Position numbers and translations under genes: made by a program
The notes under the pieces: generated by a model
Told to the model about the DNA's origin: nothing
The model's input: the letters and a program-made list of their open reading frames with translations, nothing else
The model's database searches: none
NCBI GenBank assembly: GCA_016176505.1
Contig: JACOXB010000010.1
Location: forward strand, 27,021-91,020
Length of the DNA: 64,000 nucleotides
Source of the DNA: Candidatus Colwellbacteria bacterium
GTDB taxonomy: Bacteria; Patescibacteriota; Minisyncoccia; UBA6257; Colwellbacteraceae
Direction: 5' to 3'
Shown here: one piece after another, positions 1-8,336 of the stretch
How positions within the stretch are numbered: the first letter of the stretch is position 1
Layout of the letters: every line of letters begins with the position of its first letter

Positions 1-856
1 AAGTTAAAAGCAGGTGAGGATTTCTACTTATCCCATTGTCCGGAGCGAATCAATCCTGGGAATGAAGTTAAAGAGCTTCAGCATCTTTACAAAATCCCAA
101 GAGTTGTTGGCGGCTTAGAGAAAAAGAGCTTAAGGAAAACGGTTGCTTTTTACCGCTCAATTATTAACGCCTCGATTAAGCCAATGGGCTCGCTTCAGGA
201 AGCGGAGTCGGTAAAGATGGTTGAAAATATTTTCCGCGATATAAACATCGCCTTAGTTAACGAACTGGCTATGTCTTTCGATAAACTGGGGATCGATGTA
301 GTGAACGTCATTAACGGCGCGGCCACGAAACCCTTTTCTTTTATGCCCCACTACCCAGGCGTTGGCGTAGGCGGTCATTGTATCCCGGTTGATCCTTATT
401 ATTTGATTGATTATGCCAAAACTAACGGCTTCCACCACCGATTTCTGGAACTAGGACGGGAAATTAACAGTTCCATGCCGAAATTTACGGTGGAGCTTCT
501 TAAAAGCGCGCTCGGAGAAGCTCACCTTGATATTGATGGCGCCAAAATCGCCGTACGGATGTTGACGATGATCGCGAGAGTCCGGCCTTTGATGTAATTC
601 ACGAAATTAAAAAAGAAGGCGGCGAGCCGATTGTTTTTGACCCCTATCTTAAGGAGAAATCTGATGCCGAGAGCCTTAATCAGGCCCTCGAAAAGGCAGA
701 AGCGGTGGTAGTGACCACGGCCCATAAGCCCTTCCGCAGACTTTCACCTAAAACCCTGGCTGAAAAAGGCATTAAGGTCGTTATTGATGGCCGGAATGCC
801 CTTCCTAAAGAACGGTTTCTCGAGGCCGGCTTAGTTTACCGAGGTATTGGGAGATG
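1..856 (+). CDS. UDP-glucose/GDP-mannose (UDP-sugar) 6-dehydrogenase family protein; 5' end outside window; reading frame breaks around 545-560 (N-part in frame 1 to 597, C-terminal domain continues in frame 3 from ~598 to 856); possible pseudogene or assembly error
   Basis: Frame-1 translation from base 1 (…ERINPGN…GVGVGGHCIPVDPYYL…GAKIAV) matches the central/dimerisation region of UDP-glucose dehydrogenases. After the break, frame 3 reads TDVDDDRESPAFDVIHEIKKEGGEPIVFDPYL…VVVTTAHKPF…KVVIDGRNAL, the typical UDPG_MGDP_dh C-terminal domain. The expected LGLAFKP strand between the two parts is missing. Confidence 0.75.
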
Positions 857-2149
857 AAACAGCTAACCGCAAAAATAAAAACTTTTCACAAAGAAAGAGG
901 CTTGAGCACCTGGATGATTTTCTATCTCCTGGTTTATTTAGTGCTTGTTATTAAATTTGTTACTTTCCAGGAGCTTGATAATAACTTCCTCTTCGGCGTT
1001 TACAGTATTGCTGTTTCCGTCTTTATTCTTTCGCGTTTCGCGCTGGCCTATCTTTACGACCCCAAAGGGATTCTGACCGACGAGAACTACGAGCCAACCG
1101 TTTCTTTTGGTATTCCGGTGAAGAATGAGGAAGACAACGTTAGAGAAACAATCCTTCGGATTGCCCAATCTGATTATCCAAGAGATAAGTTTGACATCAT
1201 CGCGGTTAACGACGGCTCAACTGATAACTCGCTTGAAGAAATGAGAGCGGCCAAAGCGATCGCCTCCGGGTACGGAGTTAAGGTGAAAATTATTAATTGG
1301 AAAGTTAATCGAGGCAAACGTGAGGGTATGGCTGAGGCGGTTCGGCAATCAACAAGCGATATTATTGTCTTTGTTGACTCAGACAGTTTTGTTGAACGAG
1401 ATGCGGCCAGAGCTTTTGTGAAATACTTCAGCGATCCTCGAGTAGCGGCTGTAGCTGGTCATGCTTATGTGGCCAATGCCGATGTGAACACCTTAACCAA
1501 AATGCAGGCGGTTCGTTATTATGTGGCTTTTAAGGCTTACAAAGCGGCCGAGGCTCTTTTCGGATCAGTTACCTGCTGTTCTGGCTGTTCTTCGGCCTAC
1601 CGCCGAGAGTATGTCCTCCAAGTACTCGAACCCTGGCTTTATCAGAAATTCATGGGCGTCCGCTGTACTTATGGCGATGACCGCAGCTTAACTAATTTCC
1701 TTTTGAAAAAAGGTTATAAAACTATATTCGCGCCTGAGGCGATTGCCCACACCATTGTTCCTGAAACGATGAAGCAGTTTTTGCGCCAGCAACTCCGCTG
1801 GAAAAAGTCCTGGGTCAGAGAAAGCTTGAAAGCCGGAGGTTTTATGTGGAAGCGGAATCCCTTAATGGCCCTGTCGTTCTATCTCGGTATTTTCCTCACT
1901 CTAATGGCGCCGGTAGTGGTTGCTCGAGCCATGATCTGGTATCCCTACGCCACCGGCCGATTTCCTTTTTACTACATCATCGGAATTTTCCTGATGGCTT
2001 TGATTTACGGACTTTATTACTTTCTCCACACTAAAGACCGAAACTGGGTTTATGGCATTATCTTTACTACTTTCTACACCTTAATCCTGATGTGGCAGCT
2101 GCCTTACGCCATTGCCACGATTAGAGATCCAAAATGGGGCACACGATAG
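854..2149 (+). CDS. Processive family-2 glycosyltransferase of the hyaluronan synthase / NodC / chitin-synthase-like type (multi-pass membrane)
   Basis: 431-aa ORF with N- and C-terminal transmembrane segments. GT2 signature DIIAVNDGSTDNS, DSD, the GDDRSLTN motif (as in HasA/NodC) and the QQLRWKKSW (QxxRW) processivity motif. Confidence 0.8.
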   Translation: MKQLTAKIKTFHKERGLSTWMIFYLLVYLVLVIKFVTFQELDNNFLFGVYSIAVSVFILSRFALAYLYDPKGILTDENYEPTVSFGIPVKNEEDNVRETILRIAQSDYPRDKFDIIAVNDGSTDNSLEEMRAAKAIASGYGVKVKIINWKVNRGKREGMAEAVRQSTSDIIVFVDSDSFVERDAARAFVKYFSDPRVAAVAGHAYVANADVNTLTKMQAVRYYVAFKAYKAAEALFGSVTCCSGCSSAYRREYVLQVLEPWLYQKFMGVRCTYGDDRSLTNFLLKKGYKTIFAPEAIAHTIVPETMKQFLRQQLRWKKSWVRESLKAGGFMWKRNPLMALSFYLGIFLTLMAPVVVARAMIWYPYATGRFPFYYIIGIFLMALIYGLYYFLHTKDRNWVYGIIFTTFYTLILMWQLPYAIATIRDPKWGTR

Positions 2150-3738
2150 ATAAAAATAAATTAGGCGTTTTCCTTCTAGTCGCTTTGGTTCTCGGCGCTG
2201 GTATTTATGTCTTTTCCCTGAAACAAGATTTTATTGAAGCCTTCGAGCTCTACCAAGTTAAGGCCTATACTACCGGCTTTGAATACGGCGTGCTCCGAAC
2301 CAGCGATCTTCTGGCGTCTATCGTGAGCTTAGGCAGGGAAAGGGCCTTGGCCGAAACTAACGCGAACACCGAGGCGGTGCCGGTCCTGCTCTACCACGGC
2401 ATTCCCAATAAAGCTAGGGGTGACTATGATGTAGCCCTTGACGAATTTAAACAGCAAATGATTGCCTTAAAACTTGATGGCTGGCAAACCATTACGCTCG
2501 ATGAGCTCTACCGATTTAAGAAAGGAGAAATTGCTCTGCCGGAGAAATCATTCTTAATTACTTTTGACGATGGCCGCAAAGATAGTTATTACGCTGCTGA
2601 CCCGGTTTTGCGTTCTCTTGGCTACAACGCGGTTATGTTTGTCGCCACTATTGAACCAAACGTCCTTGAAGAAAGTAATTATTATCTTGAGGCGGACGAG
2701 CTCGAAAGGATGGCCAAAACCGGACGCTGGGAAATACAATCGCACGGCCATTCTGCTTCTAGGCCAACCGTTATAGATTCGAACGGCACAACCGAGCATT
2801 TCTTATCAAACCGCGTTTGGCTCCGAGAAGAAAATCGACTTGAAACCGAAACCGAGGCCGAAGCCAGAATTAAAAACGATCTTAATCAGTCAGAAGACTA
2901 TCTCGAGAAGCTTACTGGTAAAGACGTAATTGCTTTTGCCTTTCCTTTTGGCGATTTTGGCTATGCTGGAGCAAATTTCGAAGAGGCTGAAAGCATTGTT
3001 CTAGCGGCCGCGAACGAAATCTATCCCCTCTCCTTTTATCAAGCTGACGTCTCACTTCGCGGCAGGCGTTTCACGGCTGAATATCCCGAACCGGGCGGGA
3101 ATTCATTTTTTATCGCCCGGATTGAGCTCCATCCTGGTTTAAGGGGCGAAGAATTAGTGCGGCTAATGAACGGTGTTTCGGCAAGGACTCTGCCATACGA
3201 AGACAGCTTTGATGAAGATAATGATAACTGGATTATCACCTGGGGCGATGTCGCTTATGCCGGGGGCAATCTTGAGATGAAAGCCACGGCCGAAACCACC
3301 GGCAGTATGACTATCCTTGATGGCTCAAAAACTTGGCAAAATTATTCTTTCAAAGCCAAAATCCGAGATTTTCGCGGCAGTAATCTTTACTTAATTTTCC
3401 GGTTTCAGGATGATAATAACTTTGCCGCTTGTAATTTTGGCCGCGACCGAGTTCATGTTGAAGAAACGATTAACGGTCGAAGAGAAGTTATTCGAGGCGC
3501 GAACCAGATCCTGCTTTACCCGGCAAGCGGTTTCGACGTTGAAGTCAGAGTTAGTAATCGCGGCATTGAATGCCTTTATAACGGCCAAGTGGTGGCCGGC
3601 AGCCAGTTTCTTGATTTAGCTCTAAGCAATGGTGGTATTGGCTTAAAGGGCTGGGACCAAACTCTGGGCGAGAGCAGGATCTTAATCGAAAGTATTATAG
3701 TCGAACCCTACGAAAGAGTGGGAACGGTCCAATGGTAA
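2134..3738 (+). CDS. Polysaccharide deacetylase (NodB-homology domain) with N-terminal TM anchor and C-terminal ConA-like beta-sandwich domain
   Basis: NodB-like motifs FLITFDDGRKDSY…, AVMFVAT, …SHGHSAS. The C-terminal ~200 aa share the pattern W..G…LY.IFRFQDDNNF…RV…G with the next ORF. Overlaps the GT2 gene by 16 nt, so likely one operon. Confidence 0.75.
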   Translation: MGHTIDKNKLGVFLLVALVLGAGIYVFSLKQDFIEAFELYQVKAYTTGFEYGVLRTSDLLASIVSLGRERALAETNANTEAVPVLLYHGIPNKARGDYDVALDEFKQQMIALKLDGWQTITLDELYRFKKGEIALPEKSFLITFDDGRKDSYYAADPVLRSLGYNAVMFVATIEPNVLEESNYYLEADELERMAKTGRWEIQSHGHSASRPTVIDSNGTTEHFLSNRVWLREENRLETETEAEARIKNDLNQSEDYLEKLTGKDVIAFAFPFGDFGYAGANFEEAESIVLAAANEIYPLSFYQADVSLRGRRFTAEYPEPGGNSFFIARIELHPGLRGEELVRLMNGVSARTLPYEDSFDEDNDNWIITWGDVAYAGGNLEMKATAETTGSMTILDGSKTWQNYSFKAKIRDFRGSNLYLIFRFQDDNNFAACNFGRDRVHVEETINGRREVIRGANQILLYPASGFDVEVRVSNRGIECLYNGQVVAGSQFLDLALSNGGIGLKGWDQTLGESRILIESIIVEPYERVGTVQW

Positions 3739-4574
3739 ACACTTTGATCTCGGGCATTATTTCTATTTTTATAGGGGTTCTGGTAAACCCCTTTCTTTTT
3801 ATACCGAGGAGTGATCTGGGGGCCAATCTTTACGTTTACCCTGGAAAAGAAAGCGAATCCAAATTACTCGAAGAGACTGGCAATCAAGCCATGAGTCAAA
3901 ATTCTGACTGGTGGCTTAACTCAGGCGGCCTGATTTTTTGGAATGGAGAATCGGGTCGAACTATCCAGGGGGCTTTATCCATTTTTGATAAGTGGCGTCA
4001 GATCTATCAACGGACCAATTCCCTGGATACTGATAATGGCGAACATCCTCAAAATATTTTTCGCTTAGTCAGTCGAAATGAGTTACAAAGCCTTGAACAA
4101 GAAGTTTATTTTAAAATTAACCGAATTAATCTAAGCCAGAGCCCAAACCGCAACCAATCGAATGGCGTTCTCTTTTTCAATCGCTATCTTGATGGCGACA
4201 ATCTTTACTACGTCGGCTTAAGAGTCGACGGCCAAGCCGTAATTAAAAAGAAAATCAACGGGATTTACTATACAATGGCCATTACACCGGTTTATAAAGA
4301 CGGTTTCGGATATAATCGGGACTCTAATCCGAATCTTTTACCAGAAAATCAATGGATTGGCATCAGAAGCCGAATCTTGAATGATGAAAGTGGAAAAGTT
4401 AATATCGAACTTTTTATTGATAAAGAAGGGAACGGGAATTGGGTTTCGATTCTAAAAGCCGAAGATAATGGTAAATATTATGGCGGCAAGGCAATTAAAA
4501 ATGCCGGTCGCTACGGCATTCGGACTGATTTTATGGATGTGGAGTTTGAGGGCTACAAAGTAGCCAGTATATAG
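3732..4574 (+). CDS. Hypothetical membrane-anchored protein with ConA-like (DUF1080-like) domain paralogous to the C-terminus of the deacetylase
   Basis: 280-aa ORF with an N-terminal TM helix. Internal similarity to the 2134..3738 C-terminal domain (LFFNRYLDGDNLYYVGLRVDGQ… versus LYLIFRFQDDNNFAACNFGRDRVHV…). No function can be assigned from sequence alone. Confidence 0.55.
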   Translation: MVNTLISGIISIFIGVLVNPFLFIPRSDLGANLYVYPGKESESKLLEETGNQAMSQNSDWWLNSGGLIFWNGESGRTIQGALSIFDKWRQIYQRTNSLDTDNGEHPQNIFRLVSRNELQSLEQEVYFKINRINLSQSPNRNQSNGVLFFNRYLDGDNLYYVGLRVDGQAVIKKKINGIYYTMAITPVYKDGFGYNRDSNPNLLPENQWIGIRSRILNDESGKVNIELFIDKEGNGNWVSILKAEDNGKYYGGKAIKNAGRYGIRTDFMDVEFEGYKVASI

Positions 4575-4598
4575 TATTCAGTATCTCGTATTAAGTAT
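4572..4598 (+). repeat. Conserved 27-nt AT-rich motif (copy 1 of 2): tAGTATTcaGTATctCGTATTAAGTAT
   Basis: Near-identical 27-mer at 46140..46166 (tAGTATTatGTATatCGTATTAAGTAT). Both copies sit just upstream, on the plus strand, of a structured or conserved non-coding element. Confidence 0.5.
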
Positions 4599-4612
4599 TC
4601 GGAAATAAAAAA

Positions 4613-4741
4613 ATGTCCCGCTGCTTCACGAATTCCCGGCTTCTCAATAAGGTGGGTGACCGCAGTTCTAGCCCACGGGCTAAAATCAATTAGGTCTCCC
4701 CTAAACCACTACTTTGATCCGGAATCGTGGAGGCGGGACAT
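4613..4741. other. 129-bp element closed by a perfect 9-bp inverted repeat (ATGTCCCGC…GCGGGACAT) with internal hairpins; candidate structured ncRNA or insertion scar
   Basis: Terminal inverted repeat read directly. The inner arms ACGATTCCGG / CCGGGAATTCGT extend the stem. An A7 run lies immediately 5' on the plus strand (T7 immediately 3' on the minus strand). No tRNA or SRP fold could be fitted. Confidence 0.3.
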
Positions 4742-4901
4742 ACTTATTATAACAAAATTCACTGGAAATGTTGTGGATAAACTGCGAGTTTAGGGACAAA
4801 TGGTCAAGAGACTCTGGGGAGGCGGTTTTGGCGGGTTGACATCGGAGGGCATTACTGGCGAGAGAACGAGAATTCGTTCTCCCGCCAGCCTTTGCCGATC
4901 C

Positions 4902-5156
4902 CTAGAGCTGTACCACTCCGCGCTTGTCGAACGCGTACTGCTTGTCGTCGCAGATCACGAAGCTCCAGAGATGATGATCGATGGGCCAGAAGCCCTTGAC
5001 CACGCGCCTGCCGTTCTTGCCGGGTTCAGACTGGAGGTAGACATCCCCGACCCTGCTTTTCCGGCCAGTTCTGATCGTCGTCCATGGGTCGGTCTTGCGC
5101 AGCCGAACCTGGACTTGGGTTCCTTTTTTCTGAAGCTTACCTGCCAAAAGTTCCAC
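4902..5156 (-). CDS. Hypothetical small protein in GC-rich segment
   Basis: 84-aa ORF with a protein-like composition (…GFWPIDHHLWSFVICDDKQYAFDKRGV…) inside a visibly GC-richer ~500-bp block. The competing plus-strand ORF 4800..5204 is Gly/Arg/Leu-biased and looks antisense. Confidence 0.3.
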   Translation of the reverse strand: MELLAGKLQKKGTQVQVRLRKTDPWTTIRTGRKSRVGDVYLQSEPGKNGRRVVKGFWPIDHHLWSFVICDDKQYAFDKRGVVQL

Positions 5157-5192
5157 CTCCCCCTCGTCTATCGGTCTCTAAACGTACTAACT

Positions 5193-5216
5193 GGAGCCCC
5201 GTAGAATCGAACCACC
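5193..5216 (-). other. tRNA 3'-end-like fragment (T-arm + acceptor 3' strand, GGTTCGATTCTACGGGGCTCCA on minus strand) without a matching 5' half
   Basis: The minus-strand sequence matches a T-loop/T-stem/acceptor consensus, but no complementary 5' acceptor strand lies upstream. This pattern is typical of an att-site remnant of a tRNA-targeting integrative element. Confidence 0.35.
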
Positions 5217-5284
5217 CCCTTTCCTTACCTCGCAGGCTCCCCTCCGAGTCCCTCCGTGCCCAGAGGGCAACCTGCCAGAAATAA

Positions 5285-5326
5285 AACCGGCCTTCTTTGC
5301 TGAAGGCCGGTTCTTTGTCTATTTTG
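5285..5326. terminator. Bidirectional rho-independent terminator
   Basis: Hairpin CCGGCCTTC-tttgctg-AAGGCCGG, flanked by an A-run 5' and TTCTTTGTCTATTTT 3'. It lies downstream of ndk (minus strand) and of the GC-rich block (plus strand). Confidence 0.6.
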
Positions 5327-5504
5327 GTTATTTCTTATCCTCTAATTCGACAAAAACCAGCCTTCTCTCCGAGAAGAATAAAAAGGATAAAGTAGACAAC
5401 CCCACCCAGGCTGATTTTTCTCGAATCCCTTTCCATAATAAAACTCATCTTAAGGAAATTACTCGTATCCGTCAATTAGAAACTGTGGAAAAGTAAAATT
5501 CTTG

Positions 5505-6089
5505 CTATTCGTCCACACCATAGCGTTTATAAGAATAAATCGGCTGATCGCCAAACCAATACTTAATTTCGTGCTCTGCTTCGGCCGCGGTTTCCGAAGC
5601 GTGCAGAATATTAGCGACCGCCCTTTGCTCAGCGTTCGCGACTGCTGGCGAATCAGCTGAGAAATCTCCCCGAATCGTTCCCATGTCAGCCAGATAAGGA
5701 ATGGTCGGACCAGCGATTTTCCGAACCATATCAACGGCGTGGACTCCTTGAACCACTATCCGAACTAAAGGAGCCGAAGTCATATAGTTTATAAGCCAAC
5801 CCCGGATCATTTCTCCGAGTTCGAGCGGTTCTTTCGTGCCCACAGACTCGATCGGATCAATGCCATACTTTTCATAAGTTACGAGGGTTTTGTGGCCCAA
5901 GCGCTCCTTCCAAGCTTTATCTTTAGGATAATGGCCATCAATTAATTCTTTAGTCGGCTCAAACATCTCCAGGGCAACAATCTTTAAATCGCGCTGTTCG
6001 AATCTCTTAATTACTTCTCCGATTAATCCCTTTTGGACTCCGTCGGGCTTAATAATAACTAAGGTTTTTTCTTCTTTAATCTCTTTCAC
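5505..6089 (-). CDS. ndk: Nucleoside diphosphate kinase (long form)
   Basis: The N-terminus TLVIIKPDGVQKGLIGEVIKRFE is the NDK signature. Confidence 0.85.
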   Translation of the reverse strand: MKEIKEEKTLVIIKPDGVQKGLIGEVIKRFEQRDLKIVALEMFEPTKELIDGHYPKDKAWKERLGHKTLVTYEKYGIDPIESVGTKEPLELGEMIRGWLINYMTSAPLVRIVVQGVHAVDMVRKIAGPTIPYLADMGTIRGDFSADSPAVANAEQRAVANILHASETAAEAEHEIKYWFGDQPIYSYKRYGVDE

Positions 6090-7480
6090 TTTTTCTTTTT
6101 GATTTCTATTCCTAATTCTTTTAATTGTTTTTCCTCGATCTCTGATGGCGCGCCAGTCATCAAATCCCGTCCGTCACCAGTTTTAGGAAAAGCCATTACC
6201 TCCCGCAGATTCGGTTCATTTAAGAGCGGGATAAGCATTCTGTCAAAGCCAATTGCAATCCCGCCGTGAGGCGGCACGCCGTAGCTAAAAGCCTCGAGCA
6301 TATGTTCAAATCGGCTTCTCCCTTCTTCTTTAGGAATGCCCACCAGCTCAAAGACCTTGGCCTGCACTTCAGGATCAGTAATCCGGATACTGCCGCCGGC
6401 AATCTCATAACCGTTTAAAACTAAATCGTGCTGCCAAGAGCGAACCTTAGCCGGATCTGAATCCAAAAGCGGAATATCGCTCGCTCGTGGCGCCGTAAAA
6501 ATGTGGTGATGAGGGTCCCAGCGTTTTTCCTCTTCGTTCCACTCAAACATGGGCCAACCAACAATAAAACAAAAAGCGAGTTCATTAGGATCTTCTTTAT
6601 TCTCACGTAAATCAGGTTTGTCAGCTTTGTACTTCGCCATTGCCTCATCGTAAGAAATCCTCGGAAATGGAACTTGGGTAATTCTCTTTTCCGGAAATAG
6701 TTTTCCTACCAGTTCAATAAACATTTCTTCAATCAAGGAGAGAATCTCCTCTTGGCTCATAAAAGAAACCTCGATATCAATTTGGGTGGCCTCGCCATAA
6801 GCCCGATCAGCCCGCGGATCCTCATCCCGGAACACCCGAGCCAACTGAAAGTAGCGTTCAAGCCCAGCCACCATTAGCATCTGTTTAAACTGCTGGGGTG
6901 ATTGGGGCAGAACATAAAATTTACCTGGATGAAGTCGAGCTGGCATCACAAACTCCCGGGCTCCTTCAGGCGTACCCTTGGTGATATAAGGGGTTTCGAT
7001 TTCAGTAAACCCCCAGTCACTCAAAAATTTTCGGACAAACTGAGCCGCTTGGTGACGAATGACTAAATTCCGCTTTAATCTTTGTCTTCTCAAATCAAGA
7101 TAACGATATTTAAGGCGGAGCTCCTCGTTTATTTCGTAGCCGTCGGTATCAAGCGGGAACGGTGGCGTCTCGGCTTTAGCGAGAACCTCGAGCTCGCTCA
7201 CACCAACTTCAAGATTGCCAGTCTCGAGATTCGGGTTTTTCATCTCTTCCGGCCGCTCGACTACTTTGCCCTTAATCTGAATTACCCATTCCGGACGCAG
7301 CTCATCAGCTTTTTTTCGAAGATTCTCGTCTTCACCCCGAAAAACCAGTTGAGCTAATCCTTCTTTGTCTCTCAAATCAATGAAAATTAATTTGCCGTGG
7401 TCGCGTCGGCTATCCACCCAGCCAGCCAGTTCCACCTCCTCGCCGACTTTCCCAAGAATCTCTATCGAATAAATCCGCAT
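6086..7480 (-). CDS. aspS: Class II aspartate--tRNA ligase (archaeal/AsnRS-like short type; probably non-discriminating, since gatB is present)
   Basis: N-terminal OB anticodon-binding fold (GWV..RRDHGKLIFIDLRD). Class II motifs FRDEDPRADR and GGSIR…GFDR. Confidence 0.8.
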   Translation of the reverse strand: MRIYSIEILGKVGEEVELAGWVDSRRDHGKLIFIDLRDKEGLAQLVFRGEDENLRKKADELRPEWVIQIKGKVVERPEEMKNPNLETGNLEVGVSELEVLAKAETPPFPLDTDGYEINEELRLKYRYLDLRRQRLKRNLVIRHQAAQFVRKFLSDWGFTEIETPYITKGTPEGAREFVMPARLHPGKFYVLPQSPQQFKQMLMVAGLERYFQLARVFRDEDPRADRAYGEATQIDIEVSFMSQEEILSLIEEMFIELVGKLFPEKRITQVPFPRISYDEAMAKYKADKPDLRENKEDPNELAFCFIVGWPMFEWNEEEKRWDPHHHIFTAPRASDIPLLDSDPAKVRSWQHDLVLNGYEIAGGSIRITDPEVQAKVFELVGIPKEEGRSRFEHMLEAFSYGVPPHGGIAIGFDRMLIPLLNEPNLREVMAFPKTGDGRDLMTGAPSEIEEKQLKELGIEIKKKK

Positions 7481-7496
7481 TAATCAAAGTATAACC

Positions 7497-8336
7497 CTAC
7501 TCTCGACCCACTCCAACTATACCATCGTTAATAATCAGATGAACTGTTCCGTTTTCATCGGTCCGATAAACCCGGCTGCCGACTGAAGCTAAACGGCTCA
7601 AAACAGCTGAAGTTGGATGACCGTAGGGATTATTCTCCCCTACTTCGATTACGCCAATTTTAGGCGTTGTTTCAGCTAAAAATTTCAGCCCAGTGGCTGT
7701 TCGCGAGCCATGATGGCCAACTTTTAAAATATCAGCGTCAAGGTCATAATGCTCGGTTAAATAATTCTCAACCTCAAAACCAGCATCGCCGGTAAAAAGA
7801 ATTTGGGCACCTTCAGCCTCAAGCTCAAGTACTAACGAACTATTATTTAATTCGCTTGAGTTTCGAAGCTGGTTTGTCGGAGAAAGAACGCTGATTAAGT
7901 TTTCCCCGTACCTGATTTTATCTTTAGCCCCAAGGGTAATAACCGGGATTTCTTTGCTCTTCACTAAATTCCAAAAATCCTGCCATTCTTTACCTTGACC
8001 TTCTCGACCGTTCCAAATAATCGCTCCGATTCTATAACGTTCAGCCACATCATAGAGCCCACCATAATGATCAAGCTGAGGGTGAGTAAGAATCACCAAA
8101 TCAATATAACGATCAGTTGGCCGAAGTACTCGCGCCAATTCGAAAAGCACTTCTTTGCCTGGCCCGCCATCAATTAAAACTTTTGCGCCTCCGGGTAAAA
8201 CTAAAAGCTCGCTGTCTCCTTGGCCAACATCGAGAAAATAAAGGTCGAGTTTCTCATCTCTCGCGGCTGCAACGTAATACCAAACAAAAAGATTAAAGCC
8301 AATTAAGACTAAAAAGCTTAATGACAAATATTTCAT
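7497..8336 (-). CDS. comEC: ComEC/Rec2 C-terminal metallo-beta-lactamase domain (separate ORF; overlaps the upstream ComEC membrane ORF out of frame)
   Basis: FLDVGQGDS, HPQLDHYGG and KVGHHGSRT motifs of the MBL fold, preceded by an N-terminal TM helix. Confidence 0.75.
   Translation of the reverse strand: MKYLSLSFLVLIGFNLFVWYYVAAARDEKLDLYFLDVGQGDSELLVLPGGAKVLIDGGPGKEVLFELARVLRPTDRYIDLVILTHPQLDHYGGLYDVAERYRIGAIIWNGREGQGKEWQDFWNLVKSKEIPVITLGAKDKIRYGENLISVLSPTNQLRNSSELNNSSLVLELEAEGAQILFTGDAGFEVENYLTEHYDLDADILKVGHHGSRTATGLKFLAETTPKIGVIEVGENNPYGHPTSAVLSRLASVGSRVYRTDENGTVHLIINDGIVGVGRE

Noticed and set aside
4613-4741. tRNA or SRP (4.5S) RNA
   Set aside because: No cloverleaf could be built. GAAGCAGC resembles the SRP domain IV motif, but it lies near the base of the long stem rather than at an apical GNRA-capped helix.
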